The position numbers and the translations under genes are program-made. A stretch of DNA of 64,000 nt from a virus. The notes beneath the pieces were generated by a model, which saw nothing but the letters and a program-made list of their open reading frames with translations, ran no database searches and was not told the DNA's origin. Where the stretch lies: positions 23,418-87,417 of the IMG/VR virus record IMGVR_UViG_3300035670_000112. One strand, 5' to 3'. How positions within the stretch are numbered: the first letter of the stretch is position 1; each line of letters starts with the position of its first letter. Positions 15,462 through 26,800 of the stretch are shown in pieces.

Positions 15462-18400
15462 TTAAAGTGATATGAAGTATTTCAATCTTTCCTCTGGATA
15501 GAACCAGTCTGTGACAGTCTCATACAATGGTATCTGTCTGTTTGCCCATACCTGTAGTTTGAGTGTTCCCTTGTTCCTTCCAGCCTTGTATTCCTTGAAG
15601 AAGTCATCATCGCTGAATATTGCAGAAGGATCGATCGTTTTGGTTATGCTCAGTATGGAGTCCAACTGATCCAATGCTGCAGAGGGTGACTGTACGATGG
15701 CAGTGATCTCAGTGGCATTCCATACAGGAATGAATATACCGAGGTCCGTGGAGAATCTCTGTGCCTGATATGCTGCCATATTGAGGAACCAGTTGTCATC
15801 ATCGTCCCCTGCAAGTCCTGTGAGTATACCTGCAAACACGGTTGCTGCAAGGAAATATCCCACTTCGATCATACTGCGTCTCATATTGGCCTGTTGCATA
15901 GGGGTCATCCTGTCATATATTTCCTTGGATGTAGCAAGACTGAACTGTCCAGCCTTTATCTCATTCCAGAGTGCAGTCATGAACCTTGCTCCCAGAGTAT
16001 AGTACATTCCTTCGATCTCCTCATTCAGAGTGTAGCTTTTGTAAGGTGATTCGAACCTTCTGTTTATGCCTGAGGGTATCCATTTTCTGAAGAGCATTGC
16101 TGCCCTTCCCAGCGCATATCTCTGTATCGCAGATCGGTCATTCGTATTGTAGATACCGTGCAGTTTCTGATTGACCGCCTGTATCTTCAGTGAGAAGTTG
16201 TCCATGTCTATATCGGTCACTTCCGATCCGTCAAGGTTCTTCACACCATCTATGAGCTCAAGTCTGCCGTTCTCCACAACAAGTGCATCATACAGTGATA
16301 TCTCATTGCCGTCTGGTCCCATGAGTTTTCTATTGTATGCAAGTGCAAGTGCCATACGGCTCTGCATCTGATGTTCCCCAAGATGGTTGAGAAGGAAGAA
16401 TGATGACTCTTTGAACATCCTTCCCCATTTTCCCCTGTCAGCATTCACGGATGACACCCTTGATTCGAAATCCTGAAGTGCATCGAACCTTTCAAGGAAC
16501 AGTCTCAGTTTGTTCGATGAGGTCAGATTGCCTGAATCTCCCATGAGTCCTGCGATACCTTCCCTTCCTGCCTGCCAGTATGCCTTACGTGCCTTTGAAA
16601 GGTCCTCGTGGGTCACATACTGTTTTGCAAATGCCTCCTCACGTACAAGGGCATTTCCCAAGGTGACGTTGGAAAGACCTGCGAATATGTTGAGTCCCAG
16701 TTTATTGATGGCAGTATACTTGGTGAGGGCATCTATTGCCTTCGATGAGGGGACATGACGGTCATTCTTGGTCTCACCATAATAGATCATGTCGATATAG
16801 GATCTGTATCTATCGTATATGTTGCCTCCTTCCCTACTCTCTGGTGTCCCTTTGAGTGATGCGAACTTGCTGAGAAGACCTGCATCCGCCACCTTTCTGC
16901 TTCTCATCACATGGTCACCTATCTCTATCACACTCTGAATATGTGTCAGATTCCTGTGTCTGTTCATCATGTTGGCATACAGTACCAGTGATGATGTCGC
17001 ATCCAAGGAAAGATCATTGGTATCCTTCAGTCGTGTAGAGTAGTATATCGGAACACTCTTTATCACCTTACCAGTCACATCGAAATGCTTGAGACCGTAG
17101 GCGGTATCGTCCTCAACCTTTGTGAGTGTCTCAACAAGTGATTCCTTTACAGCCTTCAATCCTCCCTCTGAAAGGGTCCTTTCCACAAGATCCTTCCGTA
17201 TCTGAGGGGCCAACGGACTGTTCCTGTAAGTATCATTCATATGGGAGTTCATCCTTGACCTTCTGTCCATGTAACCCTCATAGTAACGTTTCTTTGCAGC
17301 ACTGTTCATTATATCATCGAACTGTGGATTCGAATATATGGAGGCCTTCGGTACCGCAAATTCCTTTCTGAATCTGACATTACCGTTCATATCCTCCCAT
17401 ATACGGTCGTTCTTCCATCTGTTCAAAGAGTTCATGGCACGTTTGACCCCCTTTGCAATGTGCAGATCGTTCTTTATAAGATATGTCTGCCATGTGGTAG
17501 GGTGTGCAGATCTCACCTCATAGTACCTGTCGATGTCCTTCTGGAATTTAAGCTCCTGTTCGATGAATCTGCGCTCCTTGTCGGCAATGATGTTCTTGAA
17601 ATCAGGATTGAGATCATTGTTCCTCTCATACCATTCATTCTCTGATTCAATGTACTCCTGATCGATGTTTATGTCACGTTTCCTTATTCTGAGACGTTCA
17701 ATAGGATCCTCTGGAAGACCCAGTCGTCTGTGAAGCTCCTCATAGAACAGCTTTTTGCTCTCGTTGTACTGTGACATGTTGTAACGGGTCACAAGATTGC
17801 CTGTAGGCTTTCCTGTTGAATCCCTTTCGTACATCCATGCGGTATCTGCCACTCCTGATGCCTTCAGTTCATCATCAAGACGGAAGAGGTATTGCATATC
17901 ATCGTATGTCTGTCTCTGTGCGGCCAGTATCCTGTCCTTTACAAGTCTGTCAGTCAGTGCAAGCAGTTGATCTGGACTCTCTGCGAGAGATACAAGCTCC
18001 TTGTTGTACCAGTTGATGTCAGCAGATATGAAGGAGGGATCGGTGATCTTCATCAGTTCCTCAAGTTCCCTCTCAACTGCAGCATCCCTCTCTTCAGGGG
18101 TCATACGCTTATCCTTGTAATATGCCTCCAGAAAAGGTTTCATGGTGTACACATAAATGCTCCTTGAATAGTAGGAATAGTCATTGTCCATCTGTGTTAT
18201 ACCTGAATTGATGTTCTCCAGTGCCTCGATAAGGGCAACATGATGTTGAAGGTCTGCCTCCTGTGCACCAGATCTCTTCTGTGTCCTCATGTCGGAACGG
18301 GTCTCAACGAGAAGTGAGGATACCAGTGGTCTGTAGATGTGAAGATATTTGTACATGTCATTCACCACATCGGCAAATTGAGCAAGCTCATCATCGTACA

Positions 18401-20879
18401 TCCCATTCGCAAATGCACCTCTCATATGGTCAAGTCTGTTCAATATGCCCTCCGCTTCATCCTCAGCATGTGCAATGAACTTGATGATGCCCTGAGTGAC
18501 CCTTCCCTGCTTGAGTTTGGGATCCTTCTCAGTAAGGTCCTTTTCAATGGCCCTTATGAGTTCCTTCTCCTTGACATAGTATGGACCAGTACCTTTTATC
18601 TTCATTGCCTGAACCCTTGTCTTGAGTCCGTTCAATGCTGTCTCGAGTTCCTTGGTCATACCATCGAGCATCCTTGAGTTCCTGAACATCTTTCTGTCTA
18701 TCTGAAAGAACTGCTGGTCCTCTCCAGCCTGTATACGTTCCTTTATGGCAGCAGGATTCTCCATCACACTCTTTGATATGGCATCCAAACTTTCACGGAT
18801 CCTCCTTTCCTTCAATGCACTTCCCACTGAGAACATTCCGATGAAGGCATTCAATATCCTTTTCAGCAATGTCTTCCATTTAGGGGTCGCATCTATGTTG
18901 AACTCTGAGATCATGGAGTCCGTGAGCATCTTGCCTACGATCTCCATTCTCACTCTTTTCCTGTCATTGCCATAGGCCTCCATATATTGTTCGGAGTACT
19001 TTTTCCAGTAATTGGTCTCCTCGATCAATGATAACGCCTCCACTATACGTGGATCATCCTTCATCGCATATACTATGAAGTGGCTGACCTCCTCTGTAAG
19101 GGTGTCATATCTCTGGGAACCTTCTTTCACCGCTATCACCTTTCTCATCATGTCGGCAACTGCTGATGCGGTCAATTCCTTTCCATACTTCTTCTCATAC
19201 CATTTTCTGTACTCCTCATAGTTGACCAATGATATTCCGAGTTCTGACATTATGGAAAGCATCCTATTGTCAAGTGCAGTGTCCACAGGACGTGATCCCT
19301 CCTCCTGCTGGAACAATGTTGAACGGGGATCTATCTTTATGTAGAATATCTCCCTTCCCTTCTCCCCGAACTTGTTGGCCCTATGTACAGTGACAGCATT
19401 GTACCCCAGTTGACGGTTCACTCTGCCCACCTTGTTGACAGCATCCACATAACCGTTCTTTGTGATCATCAACCCTTCATTGTATCTCTTTATACCGTAT
19501 GATCTCAGAAGCTCATTCTCGATATCTGCCACTGTATTGAGAGAAGGTTCTTGAAAGAATACAGGAGTTTGACCTCTTTCAGTAAATCTTTTAAATCCTT
19601 CTATGTCTTGTTTACTTCCTAATATGTGAATATTATCAGCATCTAAAATAACTAATTGAGCATTATCATTTATAAATAATTCTTTACCTTGAAAAAAAGA
19701 ATCTATTTTTGTTTCTTCAATAAAGTCTTTTATAAAATTAGTATTATAGTTTGAAGCTAAAAATAATCTTTGATAAATACTATTTACTGTATTTTTACCA
19801 TATATATTAGGTTTAATTTCTTTCTTTTCAATTTCTTTAATTATGTCATTATAACTTTCTTCGTCAATATATTTTTTAAACTTATCAACTATACTCAAAG
19901 ATTTTTCTTCAGAAATGGTTTCTGCAAATGTTTGTGAAATTGTATTTTTAACATTTACAATTGCAGATATTACTGTTGGAGAAGTACCTTGTTTAAATTC
20001 CCCTTTTAAATACCTTTCTACTTTTTGTCTGTTATTTAAAAAATAATGACCTATACTAATTCTATCACCTGTAAAAATGTTACTAAAATTAAATTTATCA
20101 AACTTGCCATGTGGAGTACCATGATAAACAATATCCTTTACTTTACTATCAGGAAATATAGTATCTAAATATTGAGAATAAGCTTGTAGTGCTTGTTGTT
20201 TTTGTTGTGGAGTTATTTGAGTAGCTGTCGTTAATTCTTGTTGTGCTAATTTTAATCCTTCTAAAAATGCCTTATCTATTAATTCATTAGTATTATGAGT
20301 AAAGTTTTCGTATTGTAAAAGTTTTTTAGTTGCTTCTGAATTAGGATTTTGTTTAAAACTTTCTACTACAAGTTTTTTCATTAAACCTAAGCTATCAGCA
20401 GCTTTCATTTCTGCAACAGTTCCTTTACCTCTTATTTTGCTACCATGTCCACCTATTTTATTATAAGCATCATAAGTAGCCTTATCAAAACTTCCAGATT
20501 TATTAGATTGATAAGCATGTTCCACGCTACCATATTCTTTGCCTTCCCAATTAAATTTTCTTGGCGCTAAGTTAGACAATATACGAGTTGAAGAATTAGA
20601 CTCAGCTTGCCCCCAATAAACATTTATAGTTCCTTTAGTCTGTACTGTATTATCAAACCCTAAAGCTTCATATACTTGATTAGCTAATTCAGGATTAGAA
20701 TCAAATAGTTCTTGTACTCCTTCCTTTACTCCCATTAACTCACTTGCTGATGGAAATTGATCGGAATTGTTTCTTTGTTGCCATAATGCAACTTCGGCCC
20801 TCAATATTGCAGGGTTTATTCCAGTTGATCTCTGAAGTGCTATGAATTCAGGATGTGAAGTGTTGATACAGATCGACAT
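15462..20879 (-). CDS. large virion cargo/polyvalent protein with NADAR-like, ART-like and zincin-like domains
   Basis: 1805 aa; LSNLA...SVEHAYQS (NADAR-like), KVKDIVYHGT (ART-like), TLTEEVSHF (zincin-like), long helical C-terminal region. Confidence 0.75.
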   Translation of the reverse strand: MSICINTSHPEFIALQRSTGINPAILRAEVALWQQRNNSDQFPSASELMGVKEGVQELFDSNPELANQVYEALGFDNTVQTKGTINVYWGQAESNSSTRILSNLAPRKFNWEGKEYGSVEHAYQSNKSGSFDKATYDAYNKIGGHGSKIRGKGTVAEMKAADSLGLMKKLVVESFKQNPNSEATKKLLQYENFTHNTNELIDKAFLEGLKLAQQELTTATQITPQQKQQALQAYSQYLDTIFPDSKVKDIVYHGTPHGKFDKFNFSNIFTGDRISIGHYFLNNRQKVERYLKGEFKQGTSPTVISAIVNVKNTISQTFAETISEEKSLSIVDKFKKYIDEESYNDIIKEIEKKEIKPNIYGKNTVNSIYQRLFLASNYNTNFIKDFIEETKIDSFFQGKELFINDNAQLVILDADNIHILGSKQDIEGFKRFTERGQTPVFFQEPSLNTVADIENELLRSYGIKRYNEGLMITKNGYVDAVNKVGRVNRQLGYNAVTVHRANKFGEKGREIFYIKIDPRSTLFQQEEGSRPVDTALDNRMLSIMSELGISLVNYEEYRKWYEKKYGKELTASAVADMMRKVIAVKEGSQRYDTLTEEVSHFIVYAMKDDPRIVEALSLIEETNYWKKYSEQYMEAYGNDRKRVRMEIVGKMLTDSMISEFNIDATPKWKTLLKRILNAFIGMFSVGSALKERRIRESLDAISKSVMENPAAIKERIQAGEDQQFFQIDRKMFRNSRMLDGMTKELETALNGLKTRVQAMKIKGTGPYYVKEKELIRAIEKDLTEKDPKLKQGRVTQGIIKFIAHAEDEAEGILNRLDHMRGAFANGMYDDELAQFADVVNDMYKYLHIYRPLVSSLLVETRSDMRTQKRSGAQEADLQHHVALIEALENINSGITQMDNDYSYYSRSIYVYTMKPFLEAYYKDKRMTPEERDAAVERELEELMKITDPSFISADINWYNKELVSLAESPDQLLALTDRLVKDRILAAQRQTYDDMQYLFRLDDELKASGVADTAWMYERDSTGKPTGNLVTRYNMSQYNESKKLFYEELHRRLGLPEDPIERLRIRKRDINIDQEYIESENEWYERNNDLNPDFKNIIADKERRFIEQELKFQKDIDRYYEVRSAHPTTWQTYLIKNDLHIAKGVKRAMNSLNRWKNDRIWEDMNGNVRFRKEFAVPKASIYSNPQFDDIMNSAAKKRYYEGYMDRRSRMNSHMNDTYRNSPLAPQIRKDLVERTLSEGGLKAVKESLVETLTKVEDDTAYGLKHFDVTGKVIKSVPIYYSTRLKDTNDLSLDATSSLVLYANMMNRHRNLTHIQSVIEIGDHVMRSRKVADAGLLSKFASLKGTPESREGGNIYDRYRSYIDMIYYGETKNDRHVPSSKAIDALTKYTAINKLGLNIFAGLSNVTLGNALVREEAFAKQYVTHEDLSKARKAYWQAGREGIAGLMGDSGNLTSSNKLRLFLERFDALQDFESRVSSVNADRGKWGRMFKESSFFLLNHLGEHQMQSRMALALAYNRKLMGPDGNEISLYDALVVENGRLELIDGVKNLDGSEVTDIDMDNFSLKIQAVNQKLHGIYNTNDRSAIQRYALGRAAMLFRKWIPSGINRRFESPYKSYTLNEEIEGMYYTLGARFMTALWNEIKAGQFSLATSKEIYDRMTPMQQANMRRSMIEVGYFLAATVFAGILTGLAGDDDDNWFLNMAAYQAQRFSTDLGIFIPVWNATEITAIVQSPSAALDQLDSILSITKTIDPSAIFSDDDFFKEYKAGRNKGTLKLQVWANRQIPLYETVTDWFYPEERLKYFISL

Positions 20880-23800
20880 TACTGACAGGTTCTTTTCTGG
20901 TTACGCATCATTTCCTTGGTCTCATCTGGAAGAGCATTGAACTCCTCCTGAGTTATGTTGTTCTCTTCCATTATCATCATATCGATGTCTTCATTGGATA
21001 CAGAAGTGAGGGTCACATCTGCACTGACCTTCTTTGTTGTTACAGGAACCTTACTCTCCTTCAGTTCCATGATCTTTTCGAACATGCTCTTCACGTTCTT
21101 CCCTGAACCTATACGTTCCCTCAACTGTTGAAGTTGTTCTGGACTCAATCCCTGTATGCTCTTGAACAGAGGATGTGATATCATCGCTCCTTCCAAAGGT
21201 GCTATACTGTCAATGTCGAATCCTGGAAGTATATCGGATATTGTCAATACCGCCTCTGCCGCATCTACAGGTTTCACTGCTCTATCCTTTATCCTTGTAG
21301 GGGTGGCAGAGGGTTTTCTGGTGGAAACTATCTGAGTATATGTCATGGTATCGGACATTGCATTGTCATAATTGAACTCAAGGAACTCATTGTTTGAACC
21401 CAACAGAGGTACTTCCCTGTATATGGCATCATCCCTTTCGATAGAGTGGAACACCATCAGTGCCGACCTCATCTGTCCTTTCGTCTTCAATACCGTCCTT
21501 ATGAACTCCAACGGTTGCTTCTCAGTGTTATTGACCTTGTTCAGAGGTACCTTCACATATGTCACTCCCTCACTTACCATGAAGATACTGTCCGCATTAC
21601 TGGTATCGAAGTACTTGATGAATGGAAGACTGCGGTACATGTTCCTTATTATCTGAGAGGATATCTCCTTGGATATATTCACGGATCTCTCATCATCGAA
21701 CATGTTCCTATTGAACTGATTCTCCATATACTGTGTGAAGTATATGCCGTTATCGTCCTTCAATTCTGCCCAGTACATGGTAGGCAGAATGTCACTCAGC
21801 TTGCTCGGAGAGGTCACGAACCCTGTTGCAAATATGGAATATGCTGCAATGTCGTTCGCAAGTGATGATACTTTGGGATCCACATCACGCAACATTGAAA
21901 GGAACTCCATCTTGATAGACTGCATCTGTGTCGCATCGATACCTGTACGGTTCATCCTTATCACCTTCATACCTGATACATTCTCTGAGGGGATGACGTT
22001 CAGATACTTCAACAGTGGGATATAGGGGCTTTCAGGGTTCTCATTCATGAAAGTTGTAATGGCAGTCGGGGTATCATTGATCACCCGTTGGAACTCAGAT
22101 GCTCTGAAAGGTCCGAATGATGATGCCAGTGCTGATGATATCGCATAGTGCATAAGGTTGACCGTCTCTGGCTGTATCCTCTGTCCCAATGGAAGGGAGG
22201 CCTTCATAGCATTCTTGACCGTATGATAGATGGATTCACCATATCTGTCGGTGTAAGGTATGCCAGTTGAATTGTATATGTCTGCCAAGGATGCCTCAAG
22301 TCCTCTCTCTCTGAATGCTGCAGACCATCTGATAGGGTTGGACTCCACCATTGAAAGGAGTTCTCTCACCCCGTAAACGATGCCTAACTCCTCAGCATTG
22401 AGTATGGTATCGACATCATCGAGTTTACTGAGCGTATGTGCAACTGTCGGACCAGCGGCATTCTTGATGGAATCGTATCTCATTGCACGTGTCATAGGTG
22501 CAACAACACCTGTCGACACCTCTGCAACCCTTTTGAGCAACCTGTAGACGGCAAGTGAATTGACAAGTTCCAGATCGGTCATTGCCGATACATCCTTTTC
22601 ACCCATCTTCACAAGGTCCATTATGCTTCCTGTGCGTGTAGTAGGATCGAACTTCAATGCCTTTGTGCTCAAGTAGTTCACCATTTCATCATATGCAGCA
22701 CGTCCCCGTCTTCTGATATACTCATCAGTGATATCATCCATACCTGAAAGGTCGAGTCTGTCCACGGAACGGGCTCCTTTGGTAGCTCTGATGACCTGTG
22801 GAGTATTGAAGAACAGTACAGATGCCTCAAGGCCGAAACCCATTCTGACAAGGGTGGCTATCATATCAGCGGTCACCATGGTTATATTGAGGAATGATGC
22901 CACAGGATCCTTTCCGTTATCTACCGCAGCCGCAAGGAACTCCTTCAGCTTCACAAGGTCATCGAATGTGGTACCTTCGTCCTTTCCACTCAGACTTATC
23001 TTCTCCATCCCGTTGAATTTCAAAGGATATTTGAGTGTTACGTTACCTTGCATGACAAGTGCCTGATTGGACACATGGTTTGCAAATATACCGATAAGTC
23101 CGTTACCCGTCATATTCCTTTCAAATACTTCCCTTGAGGTTGAGTTCAACAGAGGGTTCAGAGTGTCGGTACCCATGGAATCCTTCTCGGTCTTTTTCGG
23201 GGAAACCTCCTTTACAAGTGCCTTGAGCGTCTCAAAGCCTCCAGGAGTGGTTATCTCCTTTGCAGTCCTTGCATCTGAGAGTACAGAGAATGCAATGTCC
23301 AATTTCAGATTGTCCCTTGATGCCTTTGTTTCCATCCCTGATGGTACCTTTCTGAGACTGTACTTTCTGAATGTACCCGTATCCTCATCAAAGGCAATTC
23401 CTTCCTTATTGGCAAATTCCCTACGTGAACGGAGTTCATCGAAGTCTGGGATCTCCTTCCTTACGATATCCCTCTTGAGTTTGGAAGACCATTGCATGGT
23501 CGATATGTATGACTGGAATCTCTCCTCAGCACCTTCCACCTCTGAACTGTACTCCTCTATGTTGTAAAGGATACCGTACAGTTTATCGATGTCAAAGTCA
23601 AGACCTGCTATCTTGGTGGCCTCCTCTGGAAGGATGATCTGCCCCCCTACACCCTGTGGAAGGAAACCTATGATCTTGATATGGAACATCGAATACTTGT
23701 GCTCTGTAGGTATACGGTAGAAGACTGCTTTCAGTATATCAGGGTCCACTCCCTCTATCTTCGATATGTCTATGATACCATTCTTGTCGGCATAACGTTC

Positions 23801-26800
23801 CAACGAACTCAATGTGACTGGAAGGATCGCTTCAAAATACTCTATGGATCTACCGTCCTCGCTCCATTTTATCTCAGGCTTCCTATAACCTTTCTCGGAG
23901 CCCTTTTCAAAACCGTATGAGGTGGCATTGTACAATGATGCACCTGCTCCCTTGTTGGTCTTCTGTTTGGTGACCCTGTTCTTGAAGAAGGAATTCATCA
24001 TGGTCTCCACATCATAGGCTATGCTCGGATGCCACAATGGAAGTACCGTAGTGTTCTCAGATCTTACGAGTTCACCATCCTTCTCCACATAGTATCCCTG
24101 ATGGGCGGTTGCCCAATCGAGTGCCGTGAGAAGATCATCAGGCTTCTCATTCTCTATGGCCTGCTGTCTCAATGCCTCGACTATCTTCGTATTGTCTGGA
24201 TTACCGTCAGCATCAGTGAACAATTTCTTCAGTTCATCGTATGATTCCTGTACGTTACGGTACAGTGCCTCATTGTAAAGTCTGAGTATCTCCGCACCCT
24301 CTGTAGGGACCCCGTTCAACATATAGGTATGAAAAGGATCGACATTCTCCACGACAAGTTTACGGTACTGTGTACCTTCCAGTATGTTGGTATCAAGATG
24401 GTGTTCAGGGGTAAGTTGCTGTCTACGGTAATCTGCATTCCTGAATCTATGGACATCCTCTTTTACAGCAGCTTCTATTGAATCCACTGCCTTGAACTTT
24501 CCTACCTTGACTGCAGAGGTGAACATGATTGAGTCTGTGATCCTCTTACTGGGATCGTATGTCCATGTTCCGTCAGCTTTGAACACGTATCCGAACTTTG
24601 ACATCATCGCCTCGAGTTTCGGACTTCCTACTGCCATTGCAGGGGTGATCAGCGTTTCTGAGTTCTTATGCTGTACAGGATTTATTCTTACGTGACCAGT
24701 CACTGGATCTATTGTCCTTGAATGGAGGAACTGGAACGGTTTTATAGGTTGATGTATGTGTCTGCTACCTATGTGTCGCATAGGATCACCGTTCACAAGT
24801 CCTGTATAGAATTCATATTTCTCCTCATTGAGTCCGTTGAATCCCAATTCCAACTGCATTGCACGTATGGGATCTATGATGGTGGCAGCATCGGTCTCAT
24901 TGAGTTCAGAGAATGCCTTTACAATACTTTCCCTGTCAGGATTGTCCCTGTGTATCCTTTCAATGTTCCTTATACCGTCAGACACCACATCTGAAATGTC
25001 AGCAGGGTCGTTCACATACAGTACACTGTACTCAGGGGCTATCCTTACGATATTCCCGTCCCTTGATGTGAACATGTTGGACTGATGGGCATTCATGTAA
25101 TCACCAGGTGACCAGATCTCCTTGATACGTTTGAATACATCGGTATAGTCCACCCTGCTGTCCCTGCTCTTATAGAATGCAGGGTCACCTCCGAAGGTGA
25201 ACAGGGTCTGAAGGTTCATAGCCAATGAATTGTGGAGGTATGACGATATGTTACGGTCGAATGATTCAGGGTCCATGAACCTTGAATCTATCAGACCAGT
25301 GTTGTCGAAGATGGTACCGTTCTCCTCTGCAAGGATCCTCTCAGTGTACAGGGACTTCAGTTCACTCTCTATGATCTTCGGTATCTCAGCCCCGACCGCA
25401 TCTATCACCTGTTGGTCATCCTTCAGGTCCTTGATATTCTCATTGAGCGATCTGAAAACCTGAAAGTAGAGTCCATTGAGAAGCATGTTGACTGGAATGT
25501 CATTCAACTGCTCAGGTATGCGTGCCTTCTCACTGTATGATTTTTTGCTGTCCTTCTGATCCTTCAACCATGTGTTATACTCCTGCTTGACGGGTTGTAT
25601 CCTCGATCTCAACCATTTTATCCTGTTCCACTCCTGAAGTGCAGAATCGATTATCGCCTGTCTGGACTCATCGATGTCCATCTTTTTGATCTTGATGAGT
25701 GCAGCAGATGTGGAATCCGATAGTATGGGCATAAGGAATATGCCGTTCGATTTAGGCGAAGTGGCATCATCGGCAATATTGAAATATGCGTTGATCCTGA
25801 ATGCCTCGAGTTCCTGTCCTGTGAGTTCTGAGTATTCCGTTCCCTTCCTCCTCTTCTCAGATTTGAGAGAATCCATCACACCCAGCTCCATCGACATTGC
25901 AACATCTCTGTCCATCATCATTCTGAAGAACGGAGAGGTTGAATAGAACGGATCCTCCATGTATGAATCTATGGTGGCCATTCTTGTGGCATTGTCAACT
26001 GTGGAGATGTTGCCTCTGAGATTCTGCATGAACCTTGATTGCAGGAGTGAGTATATCATCTCACCTGCACCGCTTCTGAAAGAGTGCTGATATGCCTGAG
26101 GAAAGACCTCCTGATAGACCTTGAGAATGGAATTGAGTGCCTTATCATTGTCAATGGTGCTTACGAACGGATTGTTACCCGTCTGTATCCTCTTCATATA
26201 GTATATGATGTTGGGAGCGAATGATTCAACGAATCTTCTCTTACCCCCAGGAATGGCATCCTGATCGTCAGGTATGGAGAACATCATGTTTATCTCCCTT
26301 TTGGTCAGAGGTAGATTCAGGAGTTTCATAAGATTGTATACCTTCTGAGCGTCCTCCCTTGATATGGGACCTTCCTTCTCCAATGGATCCCTGTTGATGT
26401 TCCTCTTGTAATCATCCCTCAATCTCTCAAATTCAGATATGCGTTCACTCAGATCCCCTGATACCTTCTCAGTGGATGGATCGTAGAACTTTGAATCATA
26501 GAAGGACTGCAACCATTGTTTCCTCATGTCACGTGTCATGTCACGATGGTTCGCATAGAATATCTTTGACCTTCCCTTCTCATTGCTCACTATGAAGAAT
26601 GGAGTGAAGGTACGTTGGGCAACATTGACCCAGAACTCTGTTATCACATGAGGGTCCTGCGTCATTGCGGTCGTTATGACCTTGTAACCTGGATTGAGCT
26701 TCACAAGCTCATCCAGTCTTGACAGCATGGTATCGACATTGGGAGAACCAGATATCTTCGATGCTATCGTATTGTAAACATTTGACGGATTCTCGAAAAC

